A DNA stretch of 64,000 nucleotides from Thermoproteota archaeon (GTDB lineage Archaea > Thermoproteota > Nitrososphaeria > Nitrososphaerales > Nitrososphaeraceae): contig JBKOWU010000017.1 in the NCBI GenBank assembly GCA_046724555.1, forward strand, positions 229 to 64,228, written 5' to 3'. The notes beneath the pieces are model-generated. The model was not told where the DNA came from, did not search any database, and saw nothing but the letters and a program-made list of their open reading frames with translations. Of the stretch, positions 8,570 to 19,388 are shown piece after piece. A program made the translations under genes and the position numbers. The stretch's first letter is position 1. Every line of letters begins with the position of its first letter.

Positions 8570-10918
8570 ATGGAGCCTAAAATCGTAGCTAAATCTTGGG
8601 ATCATAAAATAGAAGAGATTATCTCAAAAAGATGGCAGGAGCAAGATATTTACAAATTTTCTGTAGATCATCAAGACCCGTTTGTGATTGATACTCCTCC
8701 TCCCTACCCTTCCGGAAGGCCATGGCACATAGGAGCTGCAGCTCACTATGTGCAAATAGACATGATTGCTCGAACTGCTCGGATGATGGGATACAACGTA
8801 ATGTTCCCATTGGGGATCGACAGGAATGGTTTGCCAGTTGAGATCTACACTGAAAAAAAATATAAAATTAGAATGCGCCAGACTAACAGAGATAAGTTTC
8901 TCGACCTTTGCAGAGTTGCTCTAAATGACTTGGAATCTGAGATGGTACTTATAATGAAGCGTATGGGTCTAAGTGCCAACTTTAAGGAATATTATCGTAC
9001 TGATTCAGAAGAATTTCGATCCTTAACACAGAGTACGTTTATCGAGCTATGGAACAGGAATCTAGTATATTTGGCCAATAGACCGAATAACTATTGTCCA
9101 GACTGTGGAACCACAATAGCGGATCAAGAAGTCGTGTACGATGCTATTCCAACAAAGCTAATTTATATGCACTTTAAGATCCAAGCAACGGAAAGTAGTG
9201 TAGTCGTTGCTTCAACACGACCTGAATTGCTTTTTGCATGTCAGGCCATAATAGTTAATCCAAAAGACGAACGTTACTTGAAATTGCACGGAAAATCTGC
9301 AGTAATACCTATATTTGATAGAGAGGTTAAGATTGTACCACATAACACTGCAAAACCCGAATTTGGTTCAGGCGTGGTAATGGTATGCAGCTACGGAGAC
9401 CAGAATGACGTGCATATCTTTAGAGAGCTGGGACTGAAAGAAATTATATCTATCAATGAAAGCGGAAGAACCACATCCGAAGCTGGAACCTACGCTAATT
9501 TGCGCGTAAATCAGGCAAGAACAAAAATAATTGAAGATTTAAGGAATGCCGGCATTTTGGAAAAGGAGGAAAATATAATGCATAGGACTCCATTATGTGA
9601 ACGTAGTAAAACTCCAGTAGAAATAATCCCTTTACAAGATTTTTATCTAAAACAGCTGGATTATGTTCCATGTCTGAGAGATCTGGCAAACAAAATCAAA
9701 TTCTATCCTAAAATGCATAGACAAATTCTTCTTAATTGGTTAGACTCGATAGCGATCGACTGGCCCATTTCACGAAGAAGATTTTACGGCACCGAGATAC
9801 CGATTTGGTATTGCAATAACTGCATGACTCCAAATCTTCCAGAACCTGGCAAATACTATCGTCCGTGGAAAGAGAAACCTCCCTTTGAGAGATGCAATAA
9901 ATGCGGTAAAGCCGACTTTACAGGTGAAGATAGAACATTTGATACCTGGATGGACTCTAGCATTAGTCCGCTCTTTATTACAAAGTATAGAAGTGATCAA
10001 AAGTTACACAGTTTCACATACCCAACTCAAATGAGGCCACAAGGGAAGGATATAGTAAGAACTTGGCTTCATTATACTATGCTGAGGTGTTTTCAATTAA
10101 CGGGCCAACAACCTTGGTCAAATGTCTGGATTATGGGATTTGGTATAGATGAGAAAGGAGAAAAAATGAGCAAAAGCAAAGGCAACGTGATTGACCCGTT
10201 TCCAATTATTAACCAATATGGAGCAGACACGTTCAGATTCTGGTCTGCAAGCGAAAGTAATCTAGGTTATGATTTTAGATGCTCAGAACAGAGGATTGTA
10301 AGTGCACAGAAATTTTTATCAAAACTATGGAATATAGCTAGATTTATCTCTTCATTTGATATTAGGTCTGACACTCCTAGTGATCTAGCTTCATCTGATA
10401 GATGGATTATGGCAGAACTGTCAAAACTCGTCGACGAATGCAGAATGGGATTTGATAACTTTAACTTCTTTGTACCAGCAAATGCGATCAGAGAATTTAC
10501 ATGGAATTTGTTCGCGTCACATTATATGGAAATGGTAAAATCTAGATTTTATGATAATAGTGATAAACTTGGACAGACATCTGCTGCCTTTGCATTGCAT
10601 AAATGTCTCACAACGATTTTGTTGCTATTAGCACCGATATGCCCATTTATCACAGAAGAATTATGGACTACGATATATTCTGCTAAAAGTATCCACTTAC
10701 AGCTAATGCCAAAATCACAACACGAATATCCGCAGATGACTTGCTACACAAGAACCATAGTAGACTTTAATTCTATGGTGTGGAATAAAAAGAAGGAAAC
10801 TATATCAGAGAAAACCGGAAAGCCGCTATCCCTCAAGGATTTCATAGATATATCTGTTCCAGCCGAACTAGAGCTATTTAAGAGCGACCTTGAGATGATG
10901 CATAATCTAAAAAAATAA
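8570..10918 (+). CDS. valS: valyl-tRNA synthetase
   Basis: A class I aaRS with PPPYPSGRPWHIG (HIGH-type) and KMSKSKGN. The editing-domain motifs TRPELLFACQAIIVNPKDERY and EFGSGVVMVCSYGDQND match the ValRS pattern. Confidence 0.85.
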   Translation: MEPKIVAKSWDHKIEEIISKRWQEQDIYKFSVDHQDPFVIDTPPPYPSGRPWHIGAAAHYVQIDMIARTARMMGYNVMFPLGIDRNGLPVEIYTEKKYKIRMRQTNRDKFLDLCRVALNDLESEMVLIMKRMGLSANFKEYYRTDSEEFRSLTQSTFIELWNRNLVYLANRPNNYCPDCGTTIADQEVVYDAIPTKLIYMHFKIQATESSVVVASTRPELLFACQAIIVNPKDERYLKLHGKSAVIPIFDREVKIVPHNTAKPEFGSGVVMVCSYGDQNDVHIFRELGLKEIISINESGRTTSEAGTYANLRVNQARTKIIEDLRNAGILEKEENIMHRTPLCERSKTPVEIIPLQDFYLKQLDYVPCLRDLANKIKFYPKMHRQILLNWLDSIAIDWPISRRRFYGTEIPIWYCNNCMTPNLPEPGKYYRPWKEKPPFERCNKCGKADFTGEDRTFDTWMDSSISPLFITKYRSDQKLHSFTYPTQMRPQGKDIVRTWLHYTMLRCFQLTGQQPWSNVWIMGFGIDEKGEKMSKSKGNVIDPFPIINQYGADTFRFWSASESNLGYDFRCSEQRIVSAQKFLSKLWNIARFISSFDIRSDTPSDLASSDRWIMAELSKLVDECRMGFDNFNFFVPANAIREFTWNLFASHYMEMVKSRFYDNSDKLGQTSAAFALHKCLTTILLLLAPICPFITEELWTTIYSAKSIHLQLMPKSQHEYPQMTCYTRTIVDFNSMVWNKKKETISEKTGKPLSLKDFIDISVPAELELFKSDLEMMHNLKK

Positions 10919-11038
10919 CAATTTTTCATACCCTAAATCCGAATGATAATTTACTTCACTCAATGCAAATGTTGTGGGAGACGGAATTTGCGATCGAAAA
11001 ACAAGACATAACTATTACGAACGAGATTAATGGATCCG

Positions 11039-11431
11039 CTATTGACCAGTTTCTGTATTATCATTTAAGATTTCTAGCGCGTCTTGTGCGATATCTACTA
11101 CTGTATGTGAATCAACATTAGGCTCCATAGTGACAATGACTGTATTCTTGTTCATATAAAGTGTTAATATAGAGATCTTTTCGCGTTCTACATACGCAAA
11201 TCTTGATTTACCCATTGTTCCATCAAATCTCTGTCTCATCGATTTGCGGAGGGCAGTCTGAGCAAGATACAATTCTTCATTATTCTGATCTACAATTGAA
11301 TCAATTCCGTTGCGCATTCCGCCAGCAATCAACAATCCTGAATCATCCACTACACCTGCATAACGTATATCATCATGCAAAGCAAAGATTCGCTCACATA
11401 ATCTTTGATAGTCCATGATATACACAACCAT
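11039..11431 (-). CDS. Roadblock/LC7 (MglB)-like domain protein
   Basis: A 130-aa ORF containing IRYAGVVDDSGLLIAGG, the Roadblock-type 'G..lvd.dGl.ia' motif. It is a paralogue of 21200..21622. Confidence 0.5.
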   Translation of the reverse strand: MVVYIMDYQRLCERIFALHDDIRYAGVVDDSGLLIAGGMRNGIDSIVDQNNEELYLAQTALRKSMRQRFDGTMGKSRFAYVEREKISILTLYMNKNTVIVTMEPNVDSHTVVDIAQDALEILNDNTETGQ

Positions 11432-11797
11432 TGCTATTTATTGAATGTTAGGCATTCTAACATCTTAATTGTAAATATCGAAAAAACAAGACGAAGTCAC
11501 GTTTACCAATTCTGCAATACATAAGCATTATTACTTCGACATGTATTCTACGTAGTGATATAAGTTTTTATTTCTATTTGGTACTGGAGCATATATATTG
11601 TAAAACCGACATTACGTGCAACTTATAAGATATTATTTCGTACACAATATGATCGCCATTGGATTAGCAAATGATGATGATATCACTGCTATTTTTTGTG
11701 TACTATCTAAAAAGTTGCATTTTAAAAGCGCTTCTACAGCCGAATTGCAAACCTAAAATTGGCTACCCTAACATAAATCTTATTTTGGTACGCTGAA

Positions 11798-12694
11798 TCA
11801 GAATTTAACTATTTCACGATAGGTTTCGTATCTCTTTTGAACATCTTGTTTAGTAATGCCCAGTAGCTTTTCCACACCAAAACCTTCGACTGCAAATGCA
11901 CCCATAACATTTCCGTAAATTACTGCTTCCTTCATCGTATTAATATTGACGCTATTCTTCTTTGCTATGTGTCCCATAAACCCACCAGCAAACGAATCTC
12001 CTGCTCCTGTAGGATCTACAATATCTTCCATTGGATATGCAGGAGCAGGGAACACTATATCATCACTAACCAATAGTGAACCGTGTTCTCCTTTCTTAAC
12101 TATGGTGAACCATGGCCCCCACGACATTATCAGCTTTGCACATTTAATCAAGTTAGTTGTCTTGCATAACAGTCTGGCCTCTTCATCATTAATCACAACA
12201 CCATCTACTTTACTCATCATTTTTATTATATCCTGCTTCTGGTTCAAAATCCAATATTCTATAGTATCACACACTATTAATTTAGGATTTGAAAAATGGT
12301 CTAATATCTTAATATTCTGAATAGGGTCGTTGTTAGCAAGGTATACATATTCAGAATTGATATATTGATCGGGTATTACGGGCTCGAAACCTGCTATGAC
12401 ATTTAATTCTGTCTTGTTTGCTGTTCTATGGTAAAGGTCATAATCAAATGATGAATCATAATGAAACGTCTTGCTATCTTCTCTAGTAATTACTCCTCTG
12501 GTATCCACTCGACGATCAAGAATACTCCTATATTCAACTGGAAAGTCAGAGCCTACAATTCCAACTATAGAAGTAGGAGTAAATAAACTCGAACAAAGTG
12601 ATGCATAAGTAGCCGCTCCTCCCATGATTTTTGTTTGAGTCCTAAATGGTGTACGTGTTGTGTCTAAGGCAATAGTTCCAAAAACTGTAATCAT
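11798..12694 (-). CDS. PfkB-family carbohydrate/nucleoside kinase
   Basis: Has the C-terminal PfkB signature DPTGAGDSFAGGF and an N-terminal GG (GGAATY) motif. Confidence 0.85.
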   Translation of the reverse strand: MITVFGTIALDTTRTPFRTQTKIMGGAATYASLCSSLFTPTSIVGIVGSDFPVEYRSILDRRVDTRGVITREDSKTFHYDSSFDYDLYHRTANKTELNVIAGFEPVIPDQYINSEYVYLANNDPIQNIKILDHFSNPKLIVCDTIEYWILNQKQDIIKMMSKVDGVVINDEEARLLCKTTNLIKCAKLIMSWGPWFTIVKKGEHGSLLVSDDIVFPAPAYPMEDIVDPTGAGDSFAGGFMGHIAKKNSVNINTMKEAVIYGNVMGAFAVEGFGVEKLLGITKQDVQKRYETYREIVKF

Positions 12695-12788
12695 GTCTAA
12701 AGTTCTAAGAAGATAAATAAATAAATGCTTCTCGAATTAATGATATCGGCATATTAAATAACTAGCGGAGGAAATTGCTATTGAATTA

Positions 12789-13352
12789 ATGCGCTTAGTA
12801 GTAGCAATAACAGGCGGCTCAGGTGTTATATACGGCATCAAAACACTAGAAGTCCTGCAGAATTTGAAAATAGAAACTCATTTAATTGTTAGTCGATGGG
12901 GTGAAAGAAATATTAGCATTGAAACTGATAAAACGTTTGACTACGTTAAATCGCTTGCAACAACTTATTACAACAACGATAATATGGCTGCTGCGACATC
13001 GAGCGGTTCTTTCAAATACGATGGCATGCTCATAGTTCCATGCAGCATGAAAACGCTCTCAAGCGTGGCAAATGGATATGAAGATAATCTAATATCCAGA
13101 TCTGCAGGGGTGTGCATTAAAGAATCAAGGAGGCTCGTAATTGTTCCAAGAGAGACACCTCTTTCAAAAATACATCTTGCAAATATGATAAAGCTAGCGG
13201 AAACCGGAGTAGTATTGTTGCCAGCAATGCCTGGATTTTACCATAGGCCCAAGTCAATTGACGACCTGATAACCCACATAGTAGGAAAGATTCTGGATCA
13301 ATTTGGAATTGAGCATAATATATTTAGAAGATGGGGGGGGCGGAGAGACTAG
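12789..13352 (+). CDS. ubiX: flavin prenyltransferase UbiX
   Basis: Contains VAITGGSGVIYG..., VPCSMKTLSSVANGYEDNLISR and VIVPRETPLSKIHL, which are canonical UbiX/Pad1 motifs. Length is 187 aa. Confidence 0.9.
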   Translation: MRLVVAITGGSGVIYGIKTLEVLQNLKIETHLIVSRWGERNISIETDKTFDYVKSLATTYYNNDNMAAATSSGSFKYDGMLIVPCSMKTLSSVANGYEDNLISRSAGVCIKESRRLVIVPRETPLSKIHLANMIKLAETGVVLLPAMPGFYHRPKSIDDLITHIVGKILDQFGIEHNIFRRWGGRRD

Positions 13353-13367
13353 TAGATGTCCATAGGT

Positions 13368-13955
13368 TTAGCTTGGAACTGGAAAATTATCGTCTTCCCA
13401 CAGTCGCATTCTATCCATTTTAGCCTTTCTTCTGGCCTCTTGCAGCATAGTGTATACACTTTTGTGTGACTTTCCTTTTGAAAGCATAGTAACTGCATCC
13501 GAAGCAATCTTGGTCTGGTCGGATTTTCCTATCAGTCCAACACTATGACCATATACTGAAATATAGGCACCGGTCAGATCCTCAATGGTCCTTCTGGATT
13601 TGCCCTCTTCACCTATTATTCGACCTTTAATTCTCTCCATGGAATTTGAAGACTTGCCTGCATAATCTCTTAGATCTATTAACTGAAATGTATCCTCGTC
13701 TCCGTCAATTAGCCTGTACGCGCGTCTAGGGGAAAACCCCTTGGAAATAGCTGTGATCACTTCTACCGCCTTGAAGGGCTCCATCCTTGTAGACATTGGT
13801 TCTGACTGCGAAGAAATTATTGCATCACCGGTTTTACTGTCTATCTCAATTAAGACATTACATTTGTCCTGAATTTCTCCTTTTACTTTACCATTCTTAC
13901 CAATGATTACTCCTATGCGATCTCTAGGAACCTTCACTATCTGTTGGAAACTCAC
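13368..13955 (-). CDS. KH-domain RNA-binding protein (archaeal Dim2/Pno1-like)
   Basis: Two KH motifs are present (IGVIIGKNGKVKGEI and GRIIGEEGKSRRTIE). It overlaps the RIO kinase gene by 4 bp, the conserved archaeal pairing. Confidence 0.8.
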   Translation of the reverse strand: MSFQQIVKVPRDRIGVIIGKNGKVKGEIQDKCNVLIEIDSKTGDAIISSQSEPMSTRMEPFKAVEVITAISKGFSPRRAYRLIDGDEDTFQLIDLRDYAGKSSNSMERIKGRIIGEEGKSRRTIEDLTGAYISVYGHSVGLIGKSDQTKIASDAVTMLSKGKSHKSVYTMLQEARRKAKMDRMRLWEDDNFPVPS

Positions 13956-14782
13956 TTATTCTCACCGGTAATTTTGTGAATTGCTGACTCCAAAGCTAAA
14001 ACTTTGACACCGCGTTTTGTGAAAAAGGTATTAATATTGGCAATGTCTCGTGTTAAAAATTGTCGTGAATTAGGCTGTTTAATATTTACTGACGAACCAA
14101 AATCAAACAATATAATCCTCCCTTTGGGACACTTGAATATATTATATTCGGATAAATCTGCGTGAACTAATTGAGCCTTTTGATAAAGATTTGATATCTG
14201 TCCAATAATTTCTTTATAGTCATTGTATGTGATGGAATTTGAATTAACGAGGACTGGACATGGGATCCCACTAACATCGTCACCTATAAACTCCATCACT
14301 AGAACATTTTGGCGTACTTTTAGCGGAGCTGGGACATTTACACCGTTTTCGTAAGCAGTTTGCAAATTTTTGAATTCCTTTTTGGCCCAAATGGATATTA
14401 AGTTTCGCGATCCTCTCTTGCTAGAGTAAAAACGAGGATCACCGGCTATATATTGAAGACGTTTTTTAAACTCCGCACTGACAGTAAGGTATATTTTCAC
14501 TGATAGAAAATTTTGGCGATTCTTATCTAAGGCCAGGTAGACTTTTGACTCCTTGCCTGATGCGAGCGGACCTTTGATATAACCTAAGACGTTACGGTTA
14601 ATCATTTCATTGATTACCTTAAGAGTAGGGATGTTAAATACGTCGTCAACTACCCTGTAGTCTTCGGATCTCTTTAAAAGAAACCTATTCTCATGCTCAT
14701 GTCTATATAATCTCCTGTTTACTCTGTCAGTCACTTTTCGTTGTTGAGTTGTTACATCCTTTTCTTCGATTTCTTCAAACAA
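13952..14782 (-). CDS. rio1: RIO-type serine protein kinase
   Basis: Contains SGKESKVYLA, the VLVMEFIG hinge, and the catalytic/metal loops LVHADLSEYNI and ILFDFGSSV. Confidence 0.85.
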   Translation of the reverse strand: MFEEIEEKDVTTQQRKVTDRVNRRLYRHEHENRFLLKRSEDYRVVDDVFNIPTLKVINEMINRNVLGYIKGPLASGKESKVYLALDKNRQNFLSVKIYLTVSAEFKKRLQYIAGDPRFYSSKRGSRNLISIWAKKEFKNLQTAYENGVNVPAPLKVRQNVLVMEFIGDDVSGIPCPVLVNSNSITYNDYKEIIGQISNLYQKAQLVHADLSEYNIFKCPKGRIILFDFGSSVNIKQPNSRQFLTRDIANINTFFTKRGVKVLALESAIHKITGENK

Positions 14783-14817
14783 TAGTATATGATTCAGCCC
14801 TTATGCTTTCTCCGTTA

Positions 14818-15150
14818 TTAATATTTGTGATGAAATTTGAAAATCATTAAGAATGGAACACCTGAAATTCTCCGTATGCTCCGTTCTTTTGCAAGCTTCA
14901 ACTGCACAGCTTGGCTCACAATTCTCTCTCCAACCAAATTGGCTATAGAGCAGGTTCGTAATAGTTCTTCAGCTTGGAATGCTTCAATTATTTCCTGTTG
15001 AAAATATTCCTTTGTTATATCGATTAAAAGTTCCCCTTCCTGTAATCTCGATCCTATTAATTCTATATCACATATGTTAATCATGAGTGAACCTTGGTAT
15101 TTCGTGATCCTTATGGCATATTCATCGTTATGTATTTTTTCACCAGACAA
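14818..15150 (-). CDS. DUF424-family protein (conserved archaeal partner of RIO/KH cluster)
   Basis: A 110-aa ORF. Its ELIGSRLQEGELLIDITKEYF...ANLVGERIV pattern and position upstream of rio1 match DUF424 proteins as I remember them. Confidence 0.5.
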   Translation of the reverse strand: MSGEKIHNDEYAIRITKYQGSLMINICDIELIGSRLQEGELLIDITKEYFQQEIIEAFQAEELLRTCSIANLVGERIVSQAVQLKLAKERSIRRISGVPFLMIFKFHHKY

Positions 15151-15416
15151 ATTGCGATATACATGTTAATAGCCAAAAATAATTAAGTTTATTGAATTTT
15201 TATGTTCTTCATAGCCAGGTCAATAATTAGTCTAACTGTGTTGGCATATGTAAAGAATGTAAACTAATACTGGAATACTCCGGGTGGCAATATTATTAGA
15301 AATGGTGAATAGTTGTCATAATAGTATTCTTGGCGGGATTTGGAGATAATATAATCTATATATTTTTGTTTCTTTTTTTTCTTCAAAATGAATAAGATGT
15401 GTTTGTGTGTGTCATC

Positions 15417-16019
15417 ATGGCGGCTGTATTAGCTGTCATAACAATAACGATGTCCTGTACATCCACGTTATAAATTATATCTGATGCTCAGGTAGCGGAT
15501 GCAGCGAATAATGGCATCCTGCACAAAATACAAGCAGGAGGAGGAAATTCTACTGCTCCATTGACAGTATTTGTTCCTCGGAATATGCAGATCAATGTTG
15601 GAGAAAGCATAACATGGGACAATCCTTCCACGGTAGGTGAACCACACATAGTTACCTTTGTTTTAGATAATACTACCATGACAAATATAGTTTCACCATT
15701 TTCAGTACCAAATTCTACGCAATTTATTGCCATACCTCCTAACTCTAACAATGAACCGCTCAGACCGCCGGGAGAGAACAACGTAGTAATAGCAGTCAAC
15801 TCGATGTCATTTGTTCCAACCATAACTGATTCACAGGGAGATGTAAAGGAGTATGCGCCACCAAATCCTTCCTATACCATGGCCGGAACCGAAAAATATG
15901 TCAATTCAGGTTGGCTACTGCCGAAGGGACAAGAGCAACAATTTCCTGGTTCGTCTGTCGGTCCATTTATCATTTTTTATCAATTCAATGGCTGGAATGG
16001 AACATTAGTTTTTACGTGA
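15417..16019 (+). pseudogene. cupredoxin (plastocyanin-like) protein interrupted by an in-frame TAA; C-terminal copper ligands not in frame
   Basis: ATG 15417 encodes a hydrophobic signal/anchor, MAAVLAVITITMSCTSTL, followed by TAA at 15471..15473. The same frame then continues ...VFVPRNMQINVGESITWDNPSTVGEPHIVTF, a cupredoxin beta-strand plus His ligand. The listed ORF (15561..16019, TTG start) lacks a signal peptide and lacks the Cys-His-Met ligand set. A Cys..His stretch (FVCRSIYH) appears only in another frame near 15955. Confidence 0.5.
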
Positions 16020-16505
16020 CCAATTGTATTTGAGTGTATAACTGCATCTAAATTTGGACATAGTGATCCAACTTTTAATTATAGAAATATGATTGTATAA
16101 ATATGACATTGAATAATAATACTAATGCTAATTAAATTGACAACGAGCAACAATCTCGACAGAAATAAAAAAAGAATAACCAAAAAAGGAATACTTTTTA
16201 CAGTTCTCCTTGTCGGGGGAGTGATCGGAGCAAGCTTTCTAGTGTATCTTCTTCCAGGCTGATGAGTAAACTGCTTATCTATTTAGTGTGATGCCACCAA
16301 ACTGAGTACAAACGCTGTTCTTTATTATGGTAATAGTCCACTGTGATTTCTAAGCCTGAATGTGTTGGCTCCTATTTAATTGAGTATTTAATATTATAGA
16401 AGGAGTAAAAATTATTTGTCTCCATAGAGAGTCAGATTATTGATTTCTAGACTCGAATGCAAAAATTTTTAAAAGCAATTTATCCTCTATTGTGTGTTAT
16501 AATAT

Positions 16506-16823
16506 ATGTGTGCACATCATGAAAAAGGGCAGGAACCTCATGGGTACAACAATCTTAATGGAGTCGCATTATCAATCTTAGTCATGGGTTTGTCCCTTGC
16601 TGTTGTAATTCTTCTCTGGATATGGTTTGGCCATGTAGGGCCGTCCTTTTCTGATCAAACCCTGGCTCAACAACAGAAAACTTTAAGGCAACAATACGCT
16701 TTACCTTATAAACCAATTATCACAGATCCAACATTGCTTCAAACTCCTCCTTCTCTTAGAAGCTTGTCGAATGGAACAAGTAGCAGTAACACTACTAGTA
16801 GCAGCAATAGCAGCAGTAAATAA
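16506..16823 (+). CDS. single-pass membrane protein with Ser/Thr/Asn-rich tail
   Basis: A 105-aa ORF with one hydrophobic helix (ALSILVMGLSLAVVILLWIWF) and a low-complexity tail, SNGTSSSNTTSSSNSSSK. Confidence 0.4.
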   Translation: MCAHHEKGQEPHGYNNLNGVALSILVMGLSLAVVILLWIWFGHVGPSFSDQTLAQQQKTLRQQYALPYKPIITDPTLLQTPPSLRSLSNGTSSSNTTSSSNSSSK

Positions 16824-17437
16824 TATAATAAGTTAACTTATTTCTGAGAGTGCCTTTTTTGATATAATGTACTAATCGATTATGTGTAAATGTATGGTAG
16901 GGTCAAGCTTTATGATGAACTAATCATTTGGATATGTTCATATATTTGAAAGCTATATACAGATTAATAACAATATGTCTACTAATCAACATGCTTCAAA
17001 ACTTGCAAACAAGCGATGGCAGACATACCTAAAGGAAGAAAACGAAAATAATCGAAGATTTGTATATAAGAGCAAATACCTTGTTACAATCATTCTATCG
17101 ATAATTAAATTTATACTATGGCTTTGGGCAAATATCCAGAGCAAAAGAAGACGTATTGTAGAAAAAATCTGTGTGGAATAGTTATCAAATTACGCATGTA
17201 TTTTATATTGAGCAAAACCCCGATCATCATTTCTCAAATATATTTTGAGATGTTGCAGCTCCAGACCGAGGTTATGGTTACTCATATTTTTATAAAATAT
17301 GTGGCACTGATAAAACATGCATCTTGTAATCTGAATGTGATTGTTTTATCAATTTGGTATGAATAAGAGATTTATACATTTCATAATCATTTTTTACTAT
17401 AAGAATTTTTATAGTACTTGTTTCTGATCCTACCCTA

Positions 17438-18427
17438 TTGACTAGCCTCTTGTCCGATGAAGATATTGAACCGGAGGCTGCGGAGTTAAAATTGATTAGC
17501 GATGCGCTTGCAGTAACAAATGAGAAACTTGAATTAAAGACCAGAGAGTTGAATGAGACAAATAAGGACTTATTTGAATCCCATCATAAGATTGCAGAAA
17601 TAAACAATGAACTTGCATCAGCAAACAAAAGATTGGCACTGACAAATAAAAGATTCATAGAGGTAACCAAAAAACTGACACATTCAAATAAAGAATTACG
17701 TCTAGTCAATCAAAGGACAAAAGAATATGGTAATTTAAATGCAGACTTTATTAATAAAGCAGCTCATGAAATTAGGACTCCTATACACAACATACTTGGA
17801 TATTCAGAATTATTGCTAATGGAACTTGAGAATGATAAAACAAATTCTCATCCTACCAGCAATAATCAATCTATACAGGCAATATATCGAAATGCAAACA
17901 GACTTCAGATGTTAACGGAAGGAATACTTAATATAGCTAGAATTGAGCGCAAAACATTGAAACTTAATAAAAAACAAATTAATTTGATTGCTGAAATGCA
18001 CGGCTTAATAGAGCACATTATTAGAAGCGAGATCTTTACAAATAATAAAAAAATCGAAATACTGTTTCATCCTGAAGAAGAATATATCACAATTGAAGCA
18101 GATCAGGTCTTGTTACAGGGAATTATTCAGAATTTATTGGACAGTTCTATAAAATTAGTACAAGATGATGGAACAATATCCGTTAATATCAAAAAGTCCT
18201 ATGACAAGATTGACATTAGCATAAAACTCGACATAACTGGCGTTGACCTAGAAATAATGTCAAGCCTTTTTACAAAGTTTGAGTACAAATCCTATCAGGG
18301 ATTAGGATTAAGTTTGTTTATTGCCAAAACCATTGTTGAAGCACACGGCGGTAGAATATGGGTTGACATCGCTCCCAATTCAAACACGGTATTATTTACA
18401 TTTAGTTTACCAGTAAATCATTCATGA
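17438..18427 (+). CDS. sensor histidine kinase (coiled-coil N-terminus, HisKA + HATPase_c)
   Basis: Has the H-box AAHEIRTPIHNILGYSELL and the G-box GLGLSLFIAKTIVEAHGGRIWV. The N-terminal region has heptad-like repeats. The start is TTG. Confidence 0.85.
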   Translation: MTSLLSDEDIEPEAAELKLISDALAVTNEKLELKTRELNETNKDLFESHHKIAEINNELASANKRLALTNKRFIEVTKKLTHSNKELRLVNQRTKEYGNLNADFINKAAHEIRTPIHNILGYSELLLMELENDKTNSHPTSNNQSIQAIYRNANRLQMLTEGILNIARIERKTLKLNKKQINLIAEMHGLIEHIIRSEIFTNNKKIEILFHPEEEYITIEADQVLLQGIIQNLLDSSIKLVQDDGTISVNIKKSYDKIDISIKLDITGVDLEIMSSLFTKFEYKSYQGLGLSLFIAKTIVEAHGGRIWVDIAPNSNTVLFTFSLPVNHS

Positions 18428-18768
18428 TGTCAGATCCGATCTAATCACATATTGATAAGGAAATAGTCAAATCTATGTATTTACTATGAGATTCAACATT
18501 ATAGATCTTTGGAAATACCAACTTATGTAGCGATTGACCATAACTTTTACTGCAACAACCCTGAATAGGCTATTGGCACTACACAGTGCAAGACCAATGA
18601 ACATACATCTAATAGTTCATTAAGAAACTACACAATATTTGAACAATATCAATCAAATTAATTCTTGCTATAGTAACATCACCTATTAATTTGAACAGAA
18701 TCAAAATAAAGATTGGTGTTTAACATCCTAAATATAGGACAACTAGCTACTTTCTATAGTAGCTATCT

Positions 18769-19077
18769 ATGAGCCATGCAGCGATACTCTCGATCACATC
18801 ATCGACATTTGTCTTTGGACTACTTTTATGGGGCTCGGTTTTTGCAGTTTTAGTGCAGAAGACAAGTGCAATATACGAAGACTGTGACGGTACGAGCAGC
18901 AACAACGTTAACAATATGACTTGCACAGGTTCATATCATGAATCTACCGGTATTACACTTAATGATCTGATTCAAAGAAGTACAGACCAAAGGCTCATTC
19001 ATAACGATACGATTATGAAAACTATGAACCTTTATCCACACAAGACCAATATCCCATTTCTTCTGCCATTTCCATAG
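18769..19077 (+). CDS. hypothetical secreted/membrane-anchored protein
   Basis: A 102-aa ORF with an N-terminal hydrophobic segment (ILSITSSTFVFGLLLWGSVFAVLV). No family recognised. Confidence 0.35.
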   Translation: MSHAAILSITSSTFVFGLLLWGSVFAVLVQKTSAIYEDCDGTSSNNVNNMTCTGSYHESTGITLNDLIQRSTDQRLIHNDTIMKTMNLYPHKTNIPFLLPFP

Positions 19078-19388
19078 ATATTTATAAATGTGAGAAGTAT
19101 GAACGGTGGAAGGGATCACCTTCTTGTGAATTAAATTGCATACCGCAAATATGTAGACCAGATTTTTTTAATTCGAAAATGGGGTGTGAGCTTGAAATGA
19201 AATGATACGAAGAAAATTATGCAACAGTTTGCTATGTGAATTATTGTGCTCCAACATTACAGTAAATGAATCCAATTCCGTAATGAAATATCCTGCTGGA
19301 AACCAGAATAGATATACATATGTCTAATCGTAGAGACAATATAAAAATAATAATAAGACTAAAAGACTTTTACTTTACCTCCCGTCTG

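Noticed and set aside
16259-16305. CTGATGA ... CTGA pair suggesting another C/D-box sRNA.
   Set aside because: The internal C'/D' boxes and 12-nt guide spacing do not fit. The guide between the putative C' and the D box is only 7-8 nt.
18744-18763. Perfect 7-bp inverted repeat AGCTACT-TTCTAT-AGTAGCT just upstream of ATG 18769.
   Set aside because: It could be an operator or an RNA hairpin, but it is a single short palindrome next to a low-confidence ORF. That is not enough evidence to call a regulatory site.
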